NCBI GenBank assembly: GCA_965238125.1
Contig: OZ250179.1
Location: 2,406,723-2,470,722 of the forward strand
Origin: Bryobacterales bacterium
GTDB lineage: Bacteria > Acidobacteriota > Terriglobia > Bryobacterales > UBA6623
Direction of reading: 5' to 3'
DNA: 64,000 nucleotides
Numbering within the stretch: the first letter of the stretch is position 1; the number at the start of each line of letters is the position of its first letter. Shown piece by piece: positions 29,244 through 37,754 of the stretch. A program made the position numbers and the translations under genes. The notes under the pieces were generated by a model. It searched no databases. It was not told the origin of the DNA and saw only the letters and a program-made list of their open reading frames with translations.

Positions 29244-29437
29244 CTTCAACCTTGCAAGTGTTCATTTGCGGAGTGCCGGCGTTTTCACCGCGGTAGCGAG
29301 CGGCGCTCTTGCTGGTCCTGCCCCGCGCTGGGGCAGGTCTCCAGGCCTGCCCATTACACACGGAGCTGCGCGAACGGTGCGCTACGCGCTTTCGTTTCGG
29401 AGTTTGGACGGACGGGGCGGTTTTATTGGGCCGGGGG

Positions 29438-29472
29438 CTTGGCCCGTCGCTTGCGCTCAGGGCTCTGAATCC
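29438..29472 (-). repeat. Unoccupied copy of the IS110 target repeat (family 5)
   Basis: The reverse complement reads ggattcagagccctgagcgcaagcgacgggccaag. Compare the flanks of IS copy 1, cgattcag[IS]agcccagagcgcaagcgacgggcca. A second free copy lies at 26647-26679 and a diverged inverted partner at 29551-29576. Confidence 0.75.
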
Positions 29473-29833
29473 GGCGCTTGACACCGCTGATAGGCTGAGC
29501 ACAGCAAGGGGATTTGGTTGTTTCGGTAGCCGCCTCACGCGTCTTTCGCGCCTGAGCGCAAGCGCGGTCGGGGCTGCTCTTTTCCTACGCTACTTTCAGT
29601 GACTTGTCACGATTTGCCGGTCGAAGCCTCGGCACTTTCCGCCAGGTCATGACCCAACGGCACTAGAACCCTATTGCCGCGGCGGCATACCGCCGATCGA
29701 ATAACAGGCGAACAAAAGGACTTTCAACCGAAGGCCTCGGCAGGAAACGCTAAGGCCCTGTGGTCCCGGTACGTCTTGCCGACCCGGCCGACGCTCCGCG
29801 CTGAGCGGAGCTGCAGGAAAAAGGTGGAATCTT

Positions 29834-31222
29834 ATGAAACGACATTGCATCACACCCGGCACGGCCGCCCCCTCCCGCCGCCAACACTTTGGAGTCGCGG
29901 CGATCCAACTGGCCCTCGTGGCTCTCCTGCTCGGCCTCAGCGCTCACAAGGGGTCCGCCGACTCGATCCACCACACCCGCTACGCCCACCTATTCCCCGG
30001 CCTCGACGCGGGACAGAAAATCACCAACGCCATCCAAGCCCTGCCGAACGGCGTCGGAACCGTCGATGCCGGAGGCCTACCGACCCCCCAGCGTCTCTCG
30101 GCCGTAACGGTTCCCCCGGGCGTAACGCTCCGGCTGCCGCCGGTCACCTTCGTCGTCTCGGAAACCCTCGTCGTGCGCCCCTCGGGTCGACTGATCGGCG
30201 CCGCATGGGGCAATCCCGGCCACACGAACCTCGTCGCCGCGGCGGAGTTACAAGGTCCGGTCATCCACGCCGCGAGCGAATCCTCCAACGGCTGGTGGCA
30301 TTACGGCACGATCGAAAACCTGCGCGTCGCCGGGCACTCGCGGGCCACTGCCGCGACGGACTGCATCAAAGTCGATCGCATGGGCGAGGTGAGCCTGCTG
30401 CGAAACCTCAACTTGTCCCGCTGCCGCGAGTCCGGGTTAGGAATCACCGGCAGCCAAGCCGGCAGCGGTCGTATCGAGGGCGTCTCCGTGTTTGACAGCG
30501 GAAGAAGCGCCGTTCACCTTGACGGGATCACGAGCGGTATGATCATCAGCAGTCTTTCCGGTGACCGCAACCCCATATTCCTTGAGATCACCGGCGTGCA
30601 AAGCGGCGGCGTCTCATTGGTTCTGTTGGACATGAAAGTCGAGCAGACCCTGGCTCGCTCCGATCCGGTGATTTCGATTGACGGTTCGAAATCTCCTGTC
30701 CTGCTGACGATCATCGGCGGCACCTCGATCTCGTCCGCCACCCGCGACGACTGGATCCGCGTCACCAATTCCGGCCCCGGAGCCCACCCATACATCCAGA
30801 TCATGGGAACTCGGGTCAGCCGCAAATACAAGAACCTGGTCAATGACCTCGGCTATAAAGTGCCCCACCAGGACCAACGCATCACCCACTTCGCCTATGG
30901 CCGCAACGGCACCCGCCTGCACGTCGCTCTGGGTCGCTCGCTATTCGAAGACCTGGTCCTGTTCCAAGGCGGCCGCGACCGCACGGCCTTCAACGAATGG
31001 CGTTCGCTCGAAGGCAAGTTATTGCGATCGGTGAGAAAATCCGGCCTGGCCGTGCCGCTCCAATCCACTTCTCCGCCCGAGTCCTGCAGGGGACAACTCG
31101 CCGGCGCGCAATACTACAGCACCACCGACCAACAACTCTGCACCTGCCGCAACGACGGCTTCGACAGCGCCTGGGTCCTCGAAGACAACCCAACCCACAA
31201 CGGCCACTGCCAGGGAAACTAG
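29834..31222 (+). CDS. Secreted right-handed beta-helix (pectate-lyase/tailspike-like) protein, Cys-rich C-terminus
   Basis: Signal-like QLALVALLLGLSAHKGSA. Repetitive beta-helix-like rungs (GLGITGSQAGSGRIEGVSVFDSGRSAVHLDGITSGMIISSLSGDRN). The function call is only fold-level. Confidence 0.55.
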   Translation: MKRHCITPGTAAPSRRQHFGVAAIQLALVALLLGLSAHKGSADSIHHTRYAHLFPGLDAGQKITNAIQALPNGVGTVDAGGLPTPQRLSAVTVPPGVTLRLPPVTFVVSETLVVRPSGRLIGAAWGNPGHTNLVAAAELQGPVIHAASESSNGWWHYGTIENLRVAGHSRATAATDCIKVDRMGEVSLLRNLNLSRCRESGLGITGSQAGSGRIEGVSVFDSGRSAVHLDGITSGMIISSLSGDRNPIFLEITGVQSGGVSLVLLDMKVEQTLARSDPVISIDGSKSPVLLTIIGGTSISSATRDDWIRVTNSGPGAHPYIQIMGTRVSRKYKNLVNDLGYKVPHQDQRITHFAYGRNGTRLHVALGRSLFEDLVLFQGGRDRTAFNEWRSLEGKLLRSVRKSGLAVPLQSTSPPESCRGQLAGAQYYSTTDQQLCTCRNDGFDSAWVLEDNPTHNGHCQGN

Positions 31223-31330
31223 ACCGGCCCGACCCTCGCTGACTGGGAAAAGATGGGGACTCTCTTCCGGAAATAACACTGCGTGCGTACGATGCATTAC
31301 TCTCAAGATCGCCAAACTAGCAAATCTCTT

Positions 31331-31476
31331 GAGCCGCGAAGCGGCGGCAGGAAAATAGCCCAGGGTGGAGGGAGGTGGGGCGGAACCCTGGGTACGAAAC
31401 AAATCAGGTCGAGCCCTGAAGGGGCGGCAGGAGCGTCCCGACTCCCATTTTCATGGCGGTATTATGAACGCCAACG
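31331..31476 (+). repeat. Intergenic repeat family 4
   Basis: gagccgcgaagcggcggcaggaaaatagcccagggtggag..gcggaaccctgggta..gagccctgaaggggcggcagga..cccattttcatggcggtattatgaacgcc. Related copies lie at 56520-56625, 39590-39690 (inverted) and 14994-15066 (tail part). Confidence 0.65.
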
Positions 31477-31568
31477 TTCAGAGAAACGGACTCTTCCGGA
31501 AATCCCCCCCAAACGCGAAAGGGCGCGACCCGGTGGCCGCGCCCTTTTCGTTTGCTTGGTTTCCAGCT

Positions 31569-32246
31569 CTAGAATTGCGGAAGCGTCGGACTGTTCGGCG
31601 CGGCGGCGGGCAGCCGGAAGCCGGGTTCGGTCGATGAGCCCGGTACGGCTCTGCCCTGAAGCTGGAATTGTTCTTCGCGTTGCAATTCGCCGCGGATCAG
31701 ACCCAGCGCTTCGTTAACGCCCTTCATGTTGAGCACTTGCGCGACCGGGTCTTCGGGAGTGACCGCGACCAGCCGGCCTTCCTCGACGCTGAAGCGTCCC
31801 TGCGGATTGATGAGGCAGTAATAGTCCGTCTCGGGTTGCTTCTTCAGGAACAAAATAACCTGCTGATTGGGCAGGTAGGCGCCGCCGGCGCCGTGGATGT
31901 AGATGGCGTTTTCGAGGGTGTCTCCGCCGGTTTGCTCGACGGTGATCAGACCGCCGACATCACCGCGAATCGCTCGCGTCACGCTGAGGTCGACCAAGGT
32001 AAAGGGCAACTGCCCGCCGGCTGTGTCGACCACGCGCCCTGGTCGCGACCCGGCCACGGTCGCCAACACGACCGCGTCGGAGCTGAAGGTCATGCGGCCG
32101 AGGTTATCGAAGGTTTCCGCCCAGGAAGCCTGCAGGCCCGGAGGCGAGATAAAGTGCGACCGCACCATCGGGACAGCCAACAAAGCGACCACGACGCCGA
32201 GCGCCGCGGCCAACGATGCGAAGGTTGTGAATTGTTTCTTGGTCAT
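31569..32246 (-). CDS. Hypothetical membrane-anchored/secreted protein
   Basis: N-terminal anchor FTTFASLAAALGVVVALLAVPMV. 225 aa. It starts 15 nt after the upstream small ORF. Confidence 0.55.
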   Translation of the reverse strand: MTKKQFTTFASLAAALGVVVALLAVPMVRSHFISPPGLQASWAETFDNLGRMTFSSDAVVLATVAGSRPGRVVDTAGGQLPFTLVDLSVTRAIRGDVGGLITVEQTGGDTLENAIYIHGAGGAYLPNQQVILFLKKQPETDYYCLINPQGRFSVEEGRLVAVTPEDPVAQVLNMKGVNEALGLIRGELQREEQFQLQGRAVPGSSTEPGFRLPAAAPNSPTLPQF

Positions 32247-32260
32247 CGCTGTTTACTCCT

Positions 32261-32554
32261 TTATTGGCATTCCAGGTCTTCAGCATCGATGCAGCCGTCG
32301 CCGTCGTTGTCGATGCCGTCAAAGCACTTCTTCTTCCTTTCACCCTTGCGGTCGTTGGTACACGAGCCGCCTCCTCCGCCACCACCATCGCCGCCGCAGT
32401 TGATTTCCGCGATCGTGGCGGCGTCATGGTCGTTGAAGTCGGGGAAACCGAGGAACATGTCGTTCATCCAGGATTTCCATTTTGGCCCTGGCACGGTCAC
32501 AGGATACACCCCCGCTGCGCCGAATACCACGTCTTTTCGCGCTGAACCCTGCAC
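32261..32554 (-). CDS. Small Cys/Asp/Gly-rich protein with calcium-binding-like CFDGIDNDGDGCIDAEDLEC motif
   Basis: 97 aa. GTG start preceded by ggagg. Forms an operon-like pair with 31569..32246. Confidence 0.45.
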   Translation of the reverse strand: MQGSARKDVVFGAAGVYPVTVPGPKWKSWMNDMFLGFPDFNDHDAATIAEINCGGDGGGGGGGSCTNDRKGERKKKCFDGIDNDGDGCIDAEDLECQ

Positions 32555-32694
32555 ATCACCTCCGCCGGTAGGCGCCAGGGCTTGTCCGTCCGCTCACAGA
32601 CGTTGATTGAGCGGACTGAACGGCGCTCCGGCCGACACTGCTCCCTGCGAAACCTTTTTGGAGCCAAAAACTGTTGATCCTCGCCCGGGCAACA

Positions 32695-34026
32695 CTACCC
32701 ACCCGGCACAGGCAGCGCCCAGATCCTATGCAGCATGTCGCCGAACAGCCGCCGGTTCAGATGTCCTTCGGCCAACAGCAGCCAATAGTACCGCGCATGC
32801 TTGACCAGCCTACCGCCCGTCTTCATCAGCCGCTGTTGCAAGCTCGTCAGCGACCAGCTCTTGATCCGTTGCGGCAGCCCAAGCCTCCGCCATAGGTTCC
32901 CCAGGTTATAGGCCAGCACGCTGAGTTGCAGTCGCACTTCGTTGGCCCGGAACCGATGGCATGACAGCCTTGTCCAATGCGTCGCTTGTTTGCCTTCCTT
33001 GATCCACTGCTCCGCCGTGCCGCGCTTGTTGTAGAACCGCACCAGCGAGCGGCTCGGCAAGGCCATGCTCGTGACGATGAAACCGACGCGAGGAAACAAC
33101 TCACCTTAGTGATGCTCGACCTTCGCAACAACCCGCCGGGACTTCGACCAGCTCGCGGCCTGATACCGAAAGCTCCTGTAGCGCACCAGGGGCTTTGCGC
33201 TCGGCCTGCCCGGCGGACGAAACAGGATATCTTCGATCTCCAGCTCCAGGCTCTTGTTGGCCGGGATGCGAATCACGTAGTCCACGCCGCGCTCCTCCAA
33301 CGTCTCGTAAATATCCGGCTTGGCGAAGGCGGCATCGGCCCGGAACGTCACCTGTTTGCCCTCCGCCTGTTGGCGTTCGATTTCCGGCAGCAGCAGCTCG
33401 TCCCAGTCCTCGGCGCTGGACACGTTGCCCGGTCGCAACTTTGCCGCCAAGCAATCGCCGTGCTGGTTGAACAGCAACAGTGGGTGGTAGCAGACCGACT
33501 CGAAGTGGCCGTTGTAGGCGCTGCCTTCCTGCCGGCCGTGGACGAGGCTCTCGGTAGAGTCCATGTCCAGCACGACGCACGCGGAGTCATCACCGGCCTC
33601 GGCTTGCGCGATCAACTCGCGGTTCACCGCCATCAGCCCGATCAGATTCTCGTCGCCGGCGAGCATGGCGGTCTCGAAGCTCTGCAGCCGGGAGGTCAGC
33701 GCCGCGCCGCGATCCCAGTTCTTCTTCGAGCCAATCAGCCGAAAGGTTGGATCGGCGGAGACACGAACGGCGTCGTTGAGATCCTCGTAGCCCGCCAAGC
33801 GGGAGTAGACCGACTGTCGCAGCAGATCGACGAACGGGAACTTCTTGTTCGAGCCTTGCCGCGAATCCGTCAGATGCTCGTCTATCAGCTTGCCTAGTCC
33901 GAGTCGTTCGTCCAGTTCGCGAATGAGAATCAGCCCGCCATCCGAGGTGACTCGCGATCCTTGGAAATCGACCTTGAGAAATCCATTGAAGGTGAGCTGA
34001 AACGGTTTGTTTTCTTTTTCACCCAT
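32695..34026 (-). pseudogene. IS1380-family DDE transposase interrupted by one in-frame TAA
   Basis: ORFs 33106..34026 and 32695..33099 are in the same frame and separated only by TAA (complement of 33106-33108): ..VAKVEHH*GELFPRVGFIVTSM..FYNKRGTAEQWIKEGK..WTRLSCHRFRANEVRLQL. N-terminus VTSDGGLILIRELDERLGLG. I could not fix the element ends. Confidence 0.85.
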
Positions 34027-34639
34027 TGGGTGTTGATCTCCTCAGCGCCTTGAGTGCTTTCAAGCCCGCATAAATAAAGGCGTCCGAGTCCACCCGATGG
34101 TTAGCAGAACCGAAACTAAAGTGGAAATCCGGGCGAATGCAGGTTCGGTTCTTCGGGCCCTTGCGGTGATCAAGACCGAGGGTGTGGCCGATTTCCTGAC
34201 AACCGACGTGCTTGTCGTCGATATCGTCGTAGCTGCCTCCGTCAAGGTAGGAACGGTGCTGTAGTGCTTCGGCCTTCAAAATCAAACAGGCCCCCGCATC
34301 GTATTCCAAGAGCCGAGCAATACCCAGCCAGCCGTTAGTTCCGTAGAATCCGGCATCAACTCGAATCTCGGCTCCGGTGGAGCCTTCGGGGAGCGTCATA
34401 CAGGTTCCGCCCCAGTCATCAATCTCACCCTGCAGGACAGTCTGCCAGTGGTTCTGGAGCTCCGTAGTCCCTCCACCGACCGATCCCACGGTGGAAGTGA
34501 CCGATTTGTCACCCCAATGCCAACACCACCATTGGTTGCCGGCGTACAGGATGCCGCCCAGCGTCAGAGTGAACGCGGCCACGAAGAAACCCGCGAGCCA
34601 CGTCGCCGCCCGCCCGCAGCTCATTTCTGATGATTGCAT
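34019..34639 (-). CDS. Secreted/membrane-anchored metzincin-like metalloprotease homologue with QEIGHTLGLDH motif
   Basis: N-terminal TM segment (WLAGFFVAAFTLTLGGILYA). The motif VGCQEIGHTLGLDH fits HExxHxxGxxH except Gln at the first position. The last ~10 codons overlap the IS1380 5' region. Confidence 0.55.
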   Translation of the reverse strand: MQSSEMSCGRAATWLAGFFVAAFTLTLGGILYAGNQWWCWHWGDKSVTSTVGSVGGGTTELQNHWQTVLQGEIDDWGGTCMTLPEGSTGAEIRVDAGFYGTNGWLGIARLLEYDAGACLILKAEALQHRSYLDGGSYDDIDDKHVGCQEIGHTLGLDHRKGPKNRTCIRPDFHFSFGSANHRVDSDAFIYAGLKALKALRRSTPNG

Positions 34640-34826
34640 TGGTTCCGCCTCCTAACTACGTCTCGAAATCTGTACAAGACCCTCGCCTGCAAGGTTCAAG
34701 ATAGGCTGACTGCTCGGATAGTAACACGTATTGCCGATTCAATCTAGATGCCAAAAGTCGTAGTACTGAAAATACTCGTCGGCGCCGAAGTCGGCTCCAA
34801 GAGGCCCCGGCCGAGCGCGGCACCTA

Positions 34827-35919
34827 TTGAGCCTCGCAAAACAAAGTGACACCTTTTTGGGGTACGTACGTCTTTGTATGTATGGGAAATACAAAAGGCG
34901 TACGGCGGGATTTCGAGGCCCTGGAGAAGCGCCGTTTCAAAGCGATCCGGTTGGTCGAGCAAGGCTGTAGTCAGTCCGAGACAGCGAGGCGATTGAAGGT
35001 CGCGCGGCAAAGCGTCAGCGAGTGGCTGCGACGATACCGGCGTGACGGCGAAGCCGGGTTGCGCCAGGCCGGCCGCGCCGGCCGTAAGCCGCTGTTGGAC
35101 GCCGCGCAGCTCGAACGCCTCGAGGCGTTGCTGCTGGAAGGCCCCGAGGCGCACGGCTTCCCGACGCCGCTGTGGAGCTGTCCGCGGGTCGCTCGTCTGA
35201 TCGGAGACGAGTTCGGCGTGCGCTATCACGAGGGCCATGTCTGGAAGATCCTGCGGGCGCTCGGTTGGAGCCCGCAACGGCCCGTCGGCAAAGCGCGGGA
35301 GCGCAACGAAGAGGCCATCCGCGGCTGGCAGCGCAAGACTTGGCCGGCCATTAAAAAAAAGCCCGCAAAGAAGAACGTACGATCGTCTTCATCGACGAAA
35401 GCGGATTGAGTCAGAAGCCGCATCGTTGCCGCACCTGGGCGCCGCGCGGCGAGACACCGGTGTTGGAGTTCAACTTCAACTGGGACAAGCTGTCGGTGTC
35501 GGCCGGGCTGACGTTGCGCAACTTTTACTTCCGGCTCTATCCCGGCGCGATCGGCGAGCTGGAGGTCATCGACTTCCTGAAGGCTTTGGTGCGCCACATC
35601 GACGGCCCACTGCTGATCGTCTGGGACCGGCTGCCGGCGCACCGCAGCCGCCTGGTGCGGGAGTTTATCCAGCTCTCCGAGGATCACATCGCAACGGAGT
35701 ACTTGCCGCCCTATGCGCCGGAGTTGAACCCGGTGGAATACATTTGGGCGTACTGGAAGCAGCACGAGTTGCCCAACGTCTGCCCGAAGGACTACTGGGA
35801 ACTCGACGAGCGCGCCCGCAAAGCGCTGCGGCGAATGCGCCGCAAACCGCGCTTGATTACCGCTTTCTGGAAACAGTCTTCTCTTTGTCTCGATTCACAG
35901 TATATTATGCGAGACTCAG
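34827..35919 (+). mobile_element. IS630-family element, copy A (1093 bp), flanked by TA
   Basis: Terminal inverted repeats ttgagcctcgcaaaa.. and ..ttatgcgagactcag. TA at 34825-34826 and 35920-35921. Confidence 0.85.
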
Positions 35920-36047
35920 TAGAGTTCTTATCGGCGGCGTTTCGCCTCTTCCAAAGTAGGTCCACACATGCTCAATGCGTAGGACGCGACGGCGAGTGGG
36001 GCCGATATCTCGGGCAGGCAGTTATGAGCTTCGCGGCGGTTTATTGA
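34882..36047 (+). CDS. IS630-family transposase (orfA-orfB joined by -1 frameshift); natural stop lost, so it reads 44 codons past the IS end
   Basis: orfA has an HTH region (ETARRLKVARQSVSEWLRRY). After the A8 tract the -1 frame gives ARKEERTIVFIDESGLSQKP..LIVWDRLPAHRS..YAPELNPVEYIW (DDE). Copy B has tga where copy A has tca (35896-35898). Confidence 0.8.
35353..35360 (+). promoter_or_regulatory. A8 slippery tract (A AAA AAG type), putative programmed -1 frameshift site
   Basis: gcc att aaa aaa aag ccc. The orfB frame is open from here and carries the DDE domain. Confidence 0.7.
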
Positions 36048-36099
36048 GTCTCGTAAAATAGAGTGACACTTTTTGGTGTTGCCGTACGTATTCTTATGT

Positions 36100-37115
36100 A
36101 TGGGAACACCGAAAGGAAAGCGCCGCGATTTCGAAGCATTGGAGAAACGTCGTTTCGAAGCGATGCGTTTGCTCGATGAAGGACTCAATCAGTCCGAAAC
36201 CGCCAGGCGTCTGACAGTCGCCCGCCAAACCGTCAGTGAGTGGCGACGACAGTACCTGGCGCAAGGCGAGGCCGGGCTGCGCAAGGCCGGCCGCGCCGGC
36301 CGCAAGCCGCTATTAGACGCCACGCAGCTCGAACGCCTGGAGATCCTGCTGCTCGAAGGCCCCGAGGCGCACGGCTTCCCGACGCCGTTGTGGAGTTGTC
36401 CGCGGGTGGCTCGTCTGATCCGAGACGAGTTCGGCGTGCGCTATCACGAGGGCCATGTCTGGAAGATCCTGCGGGCGCTCGGCTGGAGCCCGCAACGCCC
36501 GGTCGGCAAAGCCCGCGAGCGCAACGAAGAGGCCATCCGCGACTGGAAGTGCAAGAGGTGGCCGGCCATTAAAAAAAAGCCCGCAAACAAGACCGCACGA
36601 TCGTCTTCATCGACGAAAGCGGATGGAGTCAGAAGCCGCATCGTTGCCGCACCTGGGCGCCGCGCGGCGAGACGCCGCTGCTGGAGTTCAACTTCAATTG
36701 GCAGAAGCTTTCGGTGTCGGCCGGGTTGACGTTGCGCAACTTTTACTTTCGGCTCTATCCCGGCGCGATTGGCGAGTTGGAGGTCATCGACTTTCTGAAG
36801 GCCTTGGTTCGCCACATGGACGGCCCGTTGATGATCGTCTGGGACCGCTTGCCGGCGCATCGCAGTCGGATGGTGCGAGAGTTCATTGAACTCTCGCAAG
36901 GCCATATCGTGACGGAGTATTTGCCGGCGTATGCGCCGGAGCTGAATCCGGTGGAATACATCTGGGCGTACTGGAAACAGCACGAGTTGCCGAACGTCTG
37001 TCCGAAGGACTACTGGGAACTCGACGAACGTGCCCGCAAAACGCTGCGGCGCATGCGCCGCAAACCGCGCTTGATTACCGCTTTCTGGAAACAGTCTTCT
37101 CTTTGTCTCGATTGA
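36100..37115 (+). CDS. IS630-family transposase (orfA-orfB, -1 frameshift at 36571-36578)
   Basis: Same architecture as copy A. The -1 frame gives ARKQDRTIVFIDESGWSQKP..MIVWDRLPAHRS..YAPELNPVEYIW. Stop at 37113-37115. Confidence 0.8.
36571..36578 (+). promoter_or_regulatory. A8 slippery tract, putative programmed -1 frameshift site
   Basis: gcc att aaa aaa aag ccc, the same context as copy A. Confidence 0.7.
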
Positions 37116-37754
37116 CAGGATATTATGCGAGACTCAATAGGGTGAGCCGCCGTCCACAAGTTTTGAGTCCGCGCGTGACCCAACTTACAACGGGACATGC
37201 AAAAAAGGGGCGATGATGCGTCTTATCAACAGAGGCCGGAACGAATTGGAAGGGCGACCGGCAATCAGCGCCTTGTTTGCCCTCCCTCGGTCCGGCCAAT
37301 CTCAGTTCGTCCGTGCAGTGAACCACACGACCCGGCGCGGGAGGTTTACCTCCTTTTTCCCTCCCGCGCCGGGGGGCCGAGAGCCTTCGCTTCGTTTCGA
37401 CGGTTTCCTTAGGTCCACTCGATGCTCCTTGCCAAGGCGATGGCGCCGGGGTTGCGCCATGAAACCGGATCGTTGGGTCGTCGGCACCGCGGTTCCACCA
37501 CTGTCCTTTGGGCCGAACGGCGTCGGCGCATACCGCTTACTGACGTGCGCGGCTCAGTTTGGGCGACGTTGCTCCGGGTCCCACGTTGGTTACAGTGAAG
37601 CGTACCTCCACCCCATCCCGCAGGGCGACAACCGCCGCGCCCAAACTTCACAAAACAGATACTGAGATGGGATGAGAGGCTGGTCGCTTGGAGCCGGGAA
37701 GCGGTAGGCTACCGGCAGCAGCGCACTTCTCCACAAGGGAGGTGCAATGGATTT

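Larger units (their letters stand above)
36044..37137 (+). mobile_element. IS630-family element, copy B (1094 bp), flanked by TA
   Basis: Inverted repeats ttgagtctcgtaaaa.. and ..ttatgcgagactcaa. TA at 36042-36043 and 37138-37139. Clearly diverged from copy A, with many substitutions. Confidence 0.85.

Noticed and set aside
32653-34080. Exact ends of the IS1380 element
   Set aside because: The candidate termini (cctttttgg / cctttattt) match only about 7 of 10 positions and lack a target duplication, so I report only the transposase pseudogene.
37213-37665. 150-aa plus-strand ORF between IS630 B and IS110 copy 2, and the 33-codon minus-strand fragment ..LRDGVEVRFTVTNVGPGATSP
   Set aside because: The long ORF is Arg-rich with no motif. 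The fragment is bounded by stops and too short to call, so it is mentioned only as a possible gene remnant.
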